DNA from: Bacteriovoracia bacterium
GTDB taxonomy: Bacteria; Bdellovibrionota; UBA1018; JBFWNL01
DNA: 64,000 bases
Assembly (NCBI GenBank): GCA_050251055.1
Contig: JBFWNL010000002.1
Span: forward strand, 1 to 64,000
Reading direction: 5' to 3'
Each line of letters begins with the position of its first letter. Position 1 is the first letter of the stretch. Positions 29,665 through 37,892 of this stretch are shown here, in pieces. Under the pieces are notes generated by a model. It saw only the letters and a list, made by a program, of their open reading frames with translations. It was not told the DNA's origin and searched no databases. Both the position numbers and the translations under genes were made by a program.

Positions 29665-31332
29665 TTAGGTCCGGGGGGTTCTCAGCCTTTTTTTGACTCG
29701 AGACCAGAAAAAATCAATGGATTCCGTGGTATCGGAAATCCGAAAGAGCCGGCCCAAGGCGGCAACCGCAGCGATCCCAAGGGCCACTAAAATACCGACC
29801 CGAATGAGTCTGGCTAGCGCCAAAATCGGCACGGAAAGATCAGACGGAAGCGTCTGCATCATCCACGTCTCCAGGCCCCAATTCGCACCCACGCAAACCA
29901 AGCCCATCCCCAGAGCGAGGAAGGTTTGCTGCAAAAATGGCCCAAATATGGCCGGGAAAATACGGGGGGCGCCGCTCCGGGCCAACTTCCGGTCGACGTA
30001 AAAAATCAGAAAACAGCAATTCAGCGCGGCGGTCAGGGACGTCCCCAGTGCTAACCCCTGAAAACCCAGGGGGCTCACCAACCACCAGTTCAACCCCAGG
30101 TTCGCGACGACGGAAAGGACGCTCGAACCCACGGCCACGCGAGTGATCCCCATCGCGTAGGACACCGGCACCAAAACTTTTACGGCCGAATAAAAAACGA
30201 GCCCGATCGAGTAAAATGCGAGTGCGCCCGCAGTGGCCGCCGTGTCGCCGGCGGAAAAACGGCCGTACTGGAAAATCATCTGAATGATGGGAGCGCCTAG
30301 AAACGCAAGGCCCGCCGCCGCCGGTAAATTCACCGCGAAAACTTGGCGTAGGGAGCGCGCCGCCGTACGGGACGCTTCCCGTGCATCTCCTTCCACCCAG
30401 CTCCGTGAAAAAGCCGGCAACGTCGCGGCGGCGAGCGAAACTCCGAAAACGCCGATCGGAAACTGCATCAGCCGAAACGCGTAGTTCAACCAAGACACCG
30501 CGCCGGTGCCTTGCGAAGTCGCTAGGATGCTGTTTACCAGGAGATTGATTTGGGTCGCGGCCAAGCCCAGGGTACCAGGTACCATTAGCAGCAAAATTCC
30601 CCGCAAGGCGGGCTCTTGGTGCCAGGCCGGGCCTTCCCGATTCCAGCGATAACCCACCCGATATAAGGCGGGCAGCTGTGAAAACGCTTGGACCGCTCCA
30701 CCGGCCACCACGCCCACCGCCATTCCCGCGATGGGATGATAACCCCACCGGGGTAGCCACCACGCCATCGCCAGCCCCACGACAATCGAGACAAGGTTGA
30801 ATAGCGCCGAGGAAAAAGCCGGCCAGAAAAACTTACCGCAGGCATTGAGAATGCCCATGAATGCGGCCGCGAGCGCGACTAAAGGAAAGAAAGGGAACAT
30901 GACTCGGGTCAGCTCGACGGTGAGCTCAAATTTTCCTGGCACCGCGCGAAAGGCCGAAGCGTACCAAGCCACGAGCGGTTCGGCGAAAATCACGCCGAGT
31001 ACGGTGAGCGCCCCCACGCCCCAAAAAAGACAGCGAAACACCAACCCCGCCAGGCGCCAAGCCCGGGCGTCGCCCTGCTCCTTCCGTACGCGGACGAACG
31101 TGGGCACCATCGCCGCGCTCATCGCGCCCTCGGCGAACAGATCGCGTAACAAGTTAGGGATGCGAAAAGCGATATTGAATGCATCGGTCGCAAAACCGGC
31201 GCCAAAAAACACGGCAAAGACCTGTTCGCGCACCAAGCCCATGATGCGGCTCAGAAAGGTCGCTGCGCCCATGGCCCCGGCGGCCTTCAACACTCCGGAC
31301 GGATTGTCAGTACTGGTTGGGCCGTCTTTCAC
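29665..31332 (-). CDS. murJ: Lipid II flippase MurJ (MviN)
   Basis: 'SRIMGLVRE', 'AFRIPNLLRDLFAEGA', 'RLMQFPIGVFG'; GTG start overlapping the upstream stop (GTGA). Confidence 0.95.
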   Translation of the reverse strand: MKDGPTSTDNPSGVLKAAGAMGAATFLSRIMGLVREQVFAVFFGAGFATDAFNIAFRIPNLLRDLFAEGAMSAAMVPTFVRVRKEQGDARAWRLAGLVFRCLFWGVGALTVLGVIFAEPLVAWYASAFRAVPGKFELTVELTRVMFPFFPLVALAAAFMGILNACGKFFWPAFSSALFNLVSIVVGLAMAWWLPRWGYHPIAGMAVGVVAGGAVQAFSQLPALYRVGYRWNREGPAWHQEPALRGILLLMVPGTLGLAATQINLLVNSILATSQGTGAVSWLNYAFRLMQFPIGVFGVSLAAATLPAFSRSWVEGDAREASRTAARSLRQVFAVNLPAAAGLAFLGAPIIQMIFQYGRFSAGDTAATAGALAFYSIGLVFYSAVKVLVPVSYAMGITRVAVGSSVLSVVANLGLNWWLVSPLGFQGLALGTSLTAALNCCFLIFYVDRKLARSGAPRIFPAIFGPFLQQTFLALGMGLVCVGANWGLETWMMQTLPSDLSVPILALARLIRVGILVALGIAAVAALGRLFRISDTTESIDFFWSRVKKRLRTPRT

Positions 31333-31634
31333 GCGGGCGGAAAGTGCTTCGCTAGCCACTTATCGATCCCCTCGTCGATCTTGCCCCGAAAAGGCGTGGC
31401 CAATAGGCCGAGCTTTACATGGATTTGCACGGCGCCGTCCTCGCATTGCAGCTCGGCGGAAAACATCTTGGCGTCGGCCGACATTCGGCGCGAAGCCGCG
31501 TCCCGGGCGACGTCGAATTTCCACTGGGGGTATTTTTCGAAGAGGCGGTCGATGCTCTTGGACACCTTTTCGTAGATTTCCTGGCCGCTCTTTCCTGGAA
31601 TCTGGACTTTTCTTTGATAGCTCGGCATCTGCAC
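31329..31634 (-). CDS. Polyhydroxyalkanoic-acid-system-family small protein
   Basis: ~100 aa, C-terminal 'V.LGLLATPFRGKIDEGIDKWL' typical of the TIGR02610-like family. Confidence 0.65.
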   Translation of the reverse strand: MQMPSYQRKVQIPGKSGQEIYEKVSKSIDRLFEKYPQWKFDVARDAASRRMSADAKMFSAELQCEDGAVQIHVKLGLLATPFRGKIDEGIDKWLAKHFPPA

Positions 31635-31636
31635 TC

Positions 31637-33664
31637 CTACTTCGGGCTGAGTTCGAACTCCGCCAGCACCTGCCCCACCTGCACATGGTCTTCCGCTTTA
31701 ACATGCCAGGTTTTGATTTGGATGGGAACCGGAACCTGGTGTGGAATCATGGTCTGAAGCGACTCCAAAGTAAGCAGGCACTCCCGAGCGGGCACCCGGC
31801 TTTTCTCGCGAAACATGATGGCGTGCACGCGCCCGGCGGCCTGCGCGTAGAGTTTCAAGTACGGGCGATCAGCCGCGGCCCCCCCCGTTTTCGGCACCCG
31901 TTTCATGCGACGGACCGGCACGCAAAAATCGCCGATGCGCACCTGCCAACGGATCGGAGAAACCGGAAACGCGCAAACCCGAAGCTGGGTGCCCTTGGCG
32001 GGCTCGAGCGTACCCGATACCGCCCAAAGTTTCGCGGCGGTCTGCCAGAGCTTCGGGCCGCTTTTCCATTGCAAGCGAACGGGCGCCGGCTCGAGCTTGC
32101 GCTCGCCCACCAGCCAAGAAAAATCCTTCGGTGAAGCCTCCACCGGACGCCCCTGCTCGGGGTCCACGGACGCGCAGAGCGCGCCGATGAGCGGGTCCAG
32201 GTCTTGCGGCGGACGAATCTGGGGCACAAAATCCTCGTCGAGAAAACCCAGGTGAAACACCCCTTCTTGAACCCACGGGTGCTCGAGGATCTCGCGCAGC
32301 ATCCGTTCGTTCGTCTGGAGCGAGCCCGCGAACCACTGCTCGGAAAGCACCTTGCGGGTGGAAGCGATGAGACTACGCGCTTGGGGACAAAAAACGTGCA
32401 GCTGGGCGATCCAGCCATCGGATTGTTCGGTGGCGTCATCCGCCAACCCCTCGATTCCCTCTCCCTCCGCTAAACCGCAGTCAAGCTCGGCGCGGTAGGC
32501 GGGGGTTTTCCACTTCGTCTTCTCCGTCCGTTCAGCCAGGAAACCGGGCTGGGGGATCTGTAAGAAAGAATCTTCGGCGAATATGCGAAGCGACGCTCCG
32601 GTCAGGGAGGCGCGCTTGGGCTTCAGCTTCAGCTCAGGGGCGGGCTTCGAAGTCCAGAGCGTGCCCAGCTGCCACGCCACCGCGCTCGTGCCGGCGATGT
32701 TTTCCCAGAGCGCGTAGCTAGCGTCCAGATGAGAAAGGGCGTCGACCAGGTAGGCGCGGTTGCCCTCTACCTGAAACTCGAAAGCGCCCAACCCCACGTA
32801 ACCCAGTTTTTCCGTGAGCAGCGTCACGTATTCCAGTAGCTGCGTCTCGACTTCGCGGTCCAGCGTTAGCGGTGGACAAAATTCCACGAACTGCCGTTGC
32901 CGGGCCTGCAGGGAAGCGTCGACCAAGGGAAAGCCCACGAAATCGCCGTCATTGAAACGTGCGAACGGCACCCGGATGAGGCGGGAAGAATCGAGCGTCC
33001 GCTGGGCGAACAGAATCGCCTCCCCTACGTGCAGGCGCAAGAGCTCGAGCCAGATGGGAAGCTCTTTCTCCAACTGCTTGAGACTGTAAAACACCCGGCG
33101 GCCCAGATGATCGGCGCTGTGAATGGAGCGCAGGCAAAAAGAGAAGTCCCCTGACTTTCCCTCGAATTGGGCGCTCTCGTACGCCTCGCGACGGGCAGCA
33201 TTGAAAATCACTTCCTCGACTTCGCGCAGAGATTGAATGGGCTCGAAGCTCATCACTAGGTGGGGAATGCCCAACTTCTCCGCCTCGGTGAGTAGATTTA
33301 ACTTGTTGGCGAAAAGGCTCACCATGCGGGCCGAGGGCGCGACTACTTGAACCCCGTGTTCCTCGGCCGCACGCAATAGCTCCGCCCGATCGGCCCAGGC
33401 GCTCGTTCCCGGATGCACCCAAAGATTTTGACTATTAGCGTTAGCTGGGTGTAGCTTACGAAAATCCATCAACGCGCGTTTGAGTCCATTGAGGGACCCC
33501 GGATGCGCGGGGGATGGAAACGGCACGGTAAGGTCACGGGGCCGAATGCATTGAAACCCCAAGCGGTTCAGATCCTCGGAGAGCCGCGTGGCCATGGCCG
33601 CCGGGCCCAAGACCAGGGCTACCGGTGGAGGCGCACTAGTATTGGGAGAAAGCTTCGTACGCAT
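31637..33664 (-). CDS. Degenerate biotin carboxylase-BCCP fusion (acyl-CoA carboxylase alpha-like pseudoenzyme)
   Basis: Colinear BC landmarks (HPG, ANK, 'GYVGLGAFEF', 'RIFAED', 'QTN') plus a C-terminal biotinyl/lipoyl-like domain; key residues substituted. Confidence 0.75.
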   Translation of the reverse strand: MRTKLSPNTSAPPPVALVLGPAAMATRLSEDLNRLGFQCIRPRDLTVPFPSPAHPGSLNGLKRALMDFRKLHPANANSQNLWVHPGTSAWADRAELLRAAEEHGVQVVAPSARMVSLFANKLNLLTEAEKLGIPHLVMSFEPIQSLREVEEVIFNAARREAYESAQFEGKSGDFSFCLRSIHSADHLGRRVFYSLKQLEKELPIWLELLRLHVGEAILFAQRTLDSSRLIRVPFARFNDGDFVGFPLVDASLQARQRQFVEFCPPLTLDREVETQLLEYVTLLTEKLGYVGLGAFEFQVEGNRAYLVDALSHLDASYALWENIAGTSAVAWQLGTLWTSKPAPELKLKPKRASLTGASLRIFAEDSFLQIPQPGFLAERTEKTKWKTPAYRAELDCGLAEGEGIEGLADDATEQSDGWIAQLHVFCPQARSLIASTRKVLSEQWFAGSLQTNERMLREILEHPWVQEGVFHLGFLDEDFVPQIRPPQDLDPLIGALCASVDPEQGRPVEASPKDFSWLVGERKLEPAPVRLQWKSGPKLWQTAAKLWAVSGTLEPAKGTQLRVCAFPVSPIRWQVRIGDFCVPVRRMKRVPKTGGAAADRPYLKLYAQAAGRVHAIMFREKSRVPARECLLTLESLQTMIPHQVPVPIQIKTWHVKAEDHVQVGQVLAEFELSPK

Positions 33665-33720
33665 AGAGTTTGATTTCCATTTAGGCTAACCTATGGCCTC
33701 GGAAATAGAAAGCAATTGCC

Positions 33721-35028
33721 ATGCAGATACCCGAAAGCCTATCCCGTGCATTTTTGGGAGAGTTCGAAGCTCTCATCGGGGAATTCGCGCGCGAAAAAGG
33801 ATTCGTGGAGAACGCGAGCGACATCCGATCGAGCCGGTTTATCTCCCGCTCGATCGTTCCTCACGTCAAAAAACTTTCGGCGCTCTTCAACCGGGTGACC
33901 GAAGCGCAACTGCGTCGGCCGGACGCCCCCCCTGGTGAGGCGACCTCGCCCCATGACGGGAGCCCCTCGGGCAGCGCCTTGCCCGCCTACTGGGGTAAAT
34001 CCTCCAACGCCGCCAACCTACGCCTGGCGTATTTCCTCTACTTCATGCCCGCGAACGCCTGCCGGGTCGCCGCGGTCTTTGCCGAACTCGCGCGTTTGGG
34101 TTTCCGCTGGCCGACCTCGTTTGGGGACACGCCCCTGCGCGGGATTGAATTCGGAGCCGGTCCGGCGACCGGAGCCTGCGGGGTGGCCATGGCTCGCAAG
34201 TTCGGGGGCATCGATCTGCCCGGTGCGGGAGACTGGGCCCTCATCGAACAGGATAAGCCCATGCTCTCCCTCGGCGAAGATTGGGCCAAACGCCTCATGG
34301 CGTGGGCGGACGTGCCAGAATGGGGTATCCGCCCCTATCCCCGCCGCATCGACCTGGAGCGCGGTTTTCTGCCCAGAAACGCCCCCCGCTTCCACCTCTG
34401 GCTCATGAGTTATTTTTTGAACGAGCTCGCCGAACCGACCGAGGTCGTGGCGAAGCGTCTACTCGAAGCGTGGGAACGCCACTTGGAAGACGAAGGGTTG
34501 GTGGTGTTGGTGGAGCCGGCGCTGAAGGAGGAATCCCGTAAGCTCTTAGAGATCCGCCGCGCATTGATCGACCAGACAAGAAAACAACGGCTCGACTGGT
34601 TTCAGATCCTGCTTCCTTGTCTGGGCTCCCAAGCCTGCGGGGCGTTGGCGGCAGAAGGCGATTGGTGCCACGAGGAAGTGAGCTGGTGGCGACCCGAGTA
34701 TTCCCGCGAGATCGACAAACAGGCGGGGCTGGATCGTAAGACCCTGCCCTTCAGCTACCTCGTGATCGCAAAATCGAAACGGCCGCTTGCCGCGTGGTTG
34801 CCCCACCTGCGGGGAGACGCGAATCGGCGCTACCGCTTGGTCAGTCCCGCGCACCGCGAAGGCAAACGGCATTGGGATTTTTATCTTTGCGGACAAAGCG
34901 GAAAATTCAAGTCCCGGATGGAAGACTCGCGGTCGGAGATCCCAATTGGCCGCGGCAGTATCTTAAATGACTTGGACGCCGCTCCCGGGCAGACCCTCAA
35001 AGACGCGCTGAAGAATTACAGTAGTTGA
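33721..35028 (+). CDS. Rsm22/METTL17-family small-subunit methyltransferase-like protein
   Basis: 'AYFLYFMP.N', 'EFGAGPATG', 'LNEL', 'LVEPA', 'PC.....C.........WCH', 'FSYL'. Confidence 0.8.
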   Translation: MQIPESLSRAFLGEFEALIGEFAREKGFVENASDIRSSRFISRSIVPHVKKLSALFNRVTEAQLRRPDAPPGEATSPHDGSPSGSALPAYWGKSSNAANLRLAYFLYFMPANACRVAAVFAELARLGFRWPTSFGDTPLRGIEFGAGPATGACGVAMARKFGGIDLPGAGDWALIEQDKPMLSLGEDWAKRLMAWADVPEWGIRPYPRRIDLERGFLPRNAPRFHLWLMSYFLNELAEPTEVVAKRLLEAWERHLEDEGLVVLVEPALKEESRKLLEIRRALIDQTRKQRLDWFQILLPCLGSQACGALAAEGDWCHEEVSWWRPEYSREIDKQAGLDRKTLPFSYLVIAKSKRPLAAWLPHLRGDANRRYRLVSPAHREGKRHWDFYLCGQSGKFKSRMEDSRSEIPIGRGSILNDLDAAPGQTLKDALKNYSS

Positions 35029-35606
35029 TCGTCGGGAACCACCCCGAAGGCGCTCGCGGATGCCGACAGGCTCTGCCGGCAATGCCCACTCGAACTGAAG
35101 AGATCGGACCCTCCGGCCATCCGAAAAGTGGGGACGTCGGGGTCATACCGCCGCATGTAGAGTCCATCTGCCCGCTTGAAAACATCACCCACCCCTCGGA
35201 AAGGGTTCGAAGTTTGAGGTAGATATGCGGCCGCCACTTCAGAATCGGCGCAGTTTAACTGCTCAATGTTAGCGATACACCGCTCGGACTCTTCGGCGTT
35301 GCCAAGAATTTGGCCCGCCCGCTCCAGCGCGATATACTCTCCGAACAGCTGGGAGCTATTGGGTAACCCTACATTGACGTCGATGTTATCCTGCCCATAC
35401 ACGCCGTCCAAGCAAGCTTCGGTTTCGAGTCCCCCGTGGCACGCCACTAGCCGGCGACAAACCGCACGCGCCAACTTCTCGACCGTGGTTTCGCCACCCG
35501 TCACGATCGTACCGCTGCCCGATCCGCTTCGGTCTCCCTGCGCGCACGCCATAGCGGCACCCAGCGTCAGCAAAATCACCAAGCCCAACTTAAGCCGCTG
35601 ATTCAT
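35016..35606 (-). CDS. Cys-rich hypothetical lipoprotein
   Basis: Lipobox AMAC; 'C..L..C...C' pattern; start overlaps the TIGR02147 gene end. Confidence 0.65.
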   Translation of the reverse strand: MNQRLKLGLVILLTLGAAMACAQGDRSGSGSGTIVTGGETTVEKLARAVCRRLVACHGGLETEACLDGVYGQDNIDVNVGLPNSSQLFGEYIALERAGQILGNAEESERCIANIEQLNCADSEVAAAYLPQTSNPFRGVGDVFKRADGLYMRRYDPDVPTFRMAGGSDLFSSSGHCRQSLSASASAFGVVPDDQLL

Positions 35607-36486
35607 TGCCTCCCCCTTCCCCACTTCCCTCACCCTCGCCCGTAAGCCGGAAAGAGACCGGAAACAGCTGCAAGTTGAGCTGCATAATCCGAAACGAAGT
35701 GCCTTCGCTACGGCTCACAATCTGCACCAGTTGCTGTTGAAACTGATCGATCAGTTCCCGAATCTGGCGTTCGCCCTCGGCCGAAACCGCGAGCGTGGCC
35801 GCGGTGAGTGAGCGTTCTTTTTTGGGCAAACGATCCAAGGCCTGTAAAGAAAGCTGAATCATCTGTTGCTGGAGCTTCGAAACGAGCGGCGACTGTAGCT
35901 TCTCGGGAGAAAAAACGAAGCGCGTATTAATCGCGAGCTGTCCATCGGCGCCGCGCTTGACGATGCCCAAAGTCAGAAGGTCGTGTAAAGCGCACTTGGC
36001 CTCTTCCACGGTGATCGGAGGATTTAGCTGGCGGGCGAGCCATGCCGGGTTCTCTGAGAAGCCGGGCTTGCCGATCATTTCCCGGATGGCCAGGTAATAC
36101 CAACGCGAGAAGTAATTCACCTGAGCTTCCTGCAGCACCCCCATCTGACGATCGGCATCCACATCCCGCAGTATCTTCAACTGGGAGGCCTTTTCTAGGT
36201 CATTATCCGATTGGTTATGCGCAACCAGATTGAGAAAGTAGCTTTTCTCCGCGCCGTTGAGGCCGAGCGCAGCCGCCGTTTTTTCCGCGCCATTGGGCGA
36301 AAGGTTACGCTTCCCTTGGATGACCATCTGAATGGTGCTGGGCGAGGAATACCCCGCGGCTTTAGCAAACGAGCGGAAAGAGAAGCTCTTTCTCACACGC
36401 CGGCTGTAACGGAAAAAATCGTTCAGAAACACCCGAAAGTCGATGTAATCAAACACCGCCGGGCGGGCCCCACTTCCCTGAATCAT
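35590..36486 (-). CDS. TIGR02147/DUF4423-family HTH protein
   Basis: 'DYIDFRVFL', 'FSFRSFAKAAG', 'GKRNLS', 'WYYLAIRE', 'QLNLQLFP'. Confidence 0.88.
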   Translation of the reverse strand: MIQGSGARPAVFDYIDFRVFLNDFFRYSRRVRKSFSFRSFAKAAGYSSPSTIQMVIQGKRNLSPNGAEKTAAALGLNGAEKSYFLNLVAHNQSDNDLEKASQLKILRDVDADRQMGVLQEAQVNYFSRWYYLAIREMIGKPGFSENPAWLARQLNPPITVEEAKCALHDLLTLGIVKRGADGQLAINTRFVFSPEKLQSPLVSKLQQQMIQLSLQALDRLPKKERSLTAATLAVSAEGERQIRELIDQFQQQLVQIVSRSEGTSFRIMQLNLQLFPVSFRLTGEGEGSGEGGGNESAA

Positions 36487-36765
36487 TAATTTACATTAAA
36501 CCTTGTCCGAATGCCCCCGTCACGAGTGTCCGCCGTGACCTAGGCTTTCGTTGGCCTCCTTTAGTAGCGATATCGCAGCTCTCCGACGAGTCAACGCCCG
36601 TGTGAACACCGATGTCGAACACTCTTTGATTGCCGGAGTGGACGGGGGTGGACGCGGCATTTACGCGGATACGGGTTGAAATGTAACTTCCGAATCGTTC
36701 GCGTTAAATTGGTCTCATCAGGCGGGTTTGTATAAATGGTTTGCCCCTTTTTTTCCGCCTGATCG

Positions 36766-36807
36766 CGGCCAACTCGACCCCCGAAGCGAGTTGGCCGTTT
36801 GTTTTTT
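36766..36807 (+). terminator. Rho-independent terminator-like hairpin with U-tract on the plus strand
   Basis: CGGCCAACTCG ... CGAGTTGGCCG followed by TTTGTTTTTT. Confidence 0.6.
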
Positions 36808-36811
36808 GGGG

Positions 36812-37882
36812 TTAAATCGGCAAGGTGCCGGCGACGTAAGCCATCGTGCCCGCGCCCGAGGCACACTCCATGTTGGTTTCCGCCGAGCTCAAAAGCGTAT
36901 AGGCATTACCATCGGCATCTCGCGACAACATTCTGATCGCCCCCCCATCATGGACATAGAGGCGAGAACTATCCGGGCTCCAGATCGGCACGTTGTTTTG
37001 CGTTGTAATTGACGACAACGCTAACTTGAACGAAAACTGCAATGATTCGAGGGACTCATCATAACGATAAAAGTAGAGTTCATCTCCGTCATGCATGACG
37101 ATCCATTGGCCATCTGGCGACCAAGCGATTCGGGAAACGCTCGGCATGCTGCTAGGCACGACGCTCGCCACCTCGTGAAAGCTCGAGGAAGCGTCCCACT
37201 CTAGAACAGAAATCACGTGATCGAATCCCCCGGTGAAGTGAGCGACCGCCACGCGATCCCGAGACGGGTGGGTGGCCGCCGATGGCGTGTTATTTTTCAG
37301 CGCGTAAAGCCCAGAGTTCACCAACGAAAAATCCACGGCCGAAACCGCATGGGCCTGAATACGCGCGTCTTGGTATCTCAGCAAGGTGCGGCCATTAGAA
37401 GACAGCAGATAGTGCGTCGAACTCGATGCATGCGGGAAAGTAAACGCCTGCTCTAACTGTAGAGACGGCCCTCCTACGTCATCAAAGGAGAATACTTTCC
37501 AACCAGTCACGTCGGTATCACTCACTAGTACCATCCGGCGATCCGCACGCGCCACCAACGGTCGCCCCCCTTGGGTCAGATTCAGGTCCACCGGCGTGAA
37601 CCCCTGAGATCCAATCGAAAACACCTCGAGTTCCGCCGTAAACGCCACCAGCATGTTCACCGCGCTTCGGCGATAAAATGCAAAATTACCGGAAACCCCC
37701 GCAGTCAAAGTAATCGTGCTCGTAGACGCCGACCGTCCAGTAGAGCGATCGAGCGCAAACACCTTTGCCGAAGCCCCCGAACTGCAGACCAAAAAATCAT
37801 GGTAAACCAGAGGGGAAAAAAAGCGGGCCGAGCATCCACTAGTTAAGCCCAGAAGCAGAATAACGATAATGGCTTTGGGCAT
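36812..37882 (-). CDS. Beta-propeller lipoprotein (lactonase/WD40-like)
   Basis: Lipobox TSGC; repeated 'WSPDG', 'WSPDS' and 'SSNG' blade motifs. Confidence 0.7.
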   Translation of the reverse strand: MPKAIIVILLLGLTSGCSARFFSPLVYHDFLVCSSGASAKVFALDRSTGRSASTSTITLTAGVSGNFAFYRRSAVNMLVAFTAELEVFSIGSQGFTPVDLNLTQGGRPLVARADRRMVLVSDTDVTGWKVFSFDDVGGPSLQLEQAFTFPHASSSTHYLLSSNGRTLLRYQDARIQAHAVSAVDFSLVNSGLYALKNNTPSAATHPSRDRVAVAHFTGGFDHVISVLEWDASSSFHEVASVVPSSMPSVSRIAWSPDGQWIVMHDGDELYFYRYDESLESLQFSFKLALSSITTQNNVPIWSPDSSRLYVHDGGAIRMLSRDADGNAYTLLSSAETNMECASGAGTMAYVAGTLPI

Positions 37883-37892
37883 TGGCTGCCGC

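Noticed and set aside
36715-36755. Minus-strand GGGGCAAACCATT resembling the c-di-GMP-I riboswitch 5' end
   Set aside because: The following GAAA tetraloop and GGACGCAAA segment are absent.
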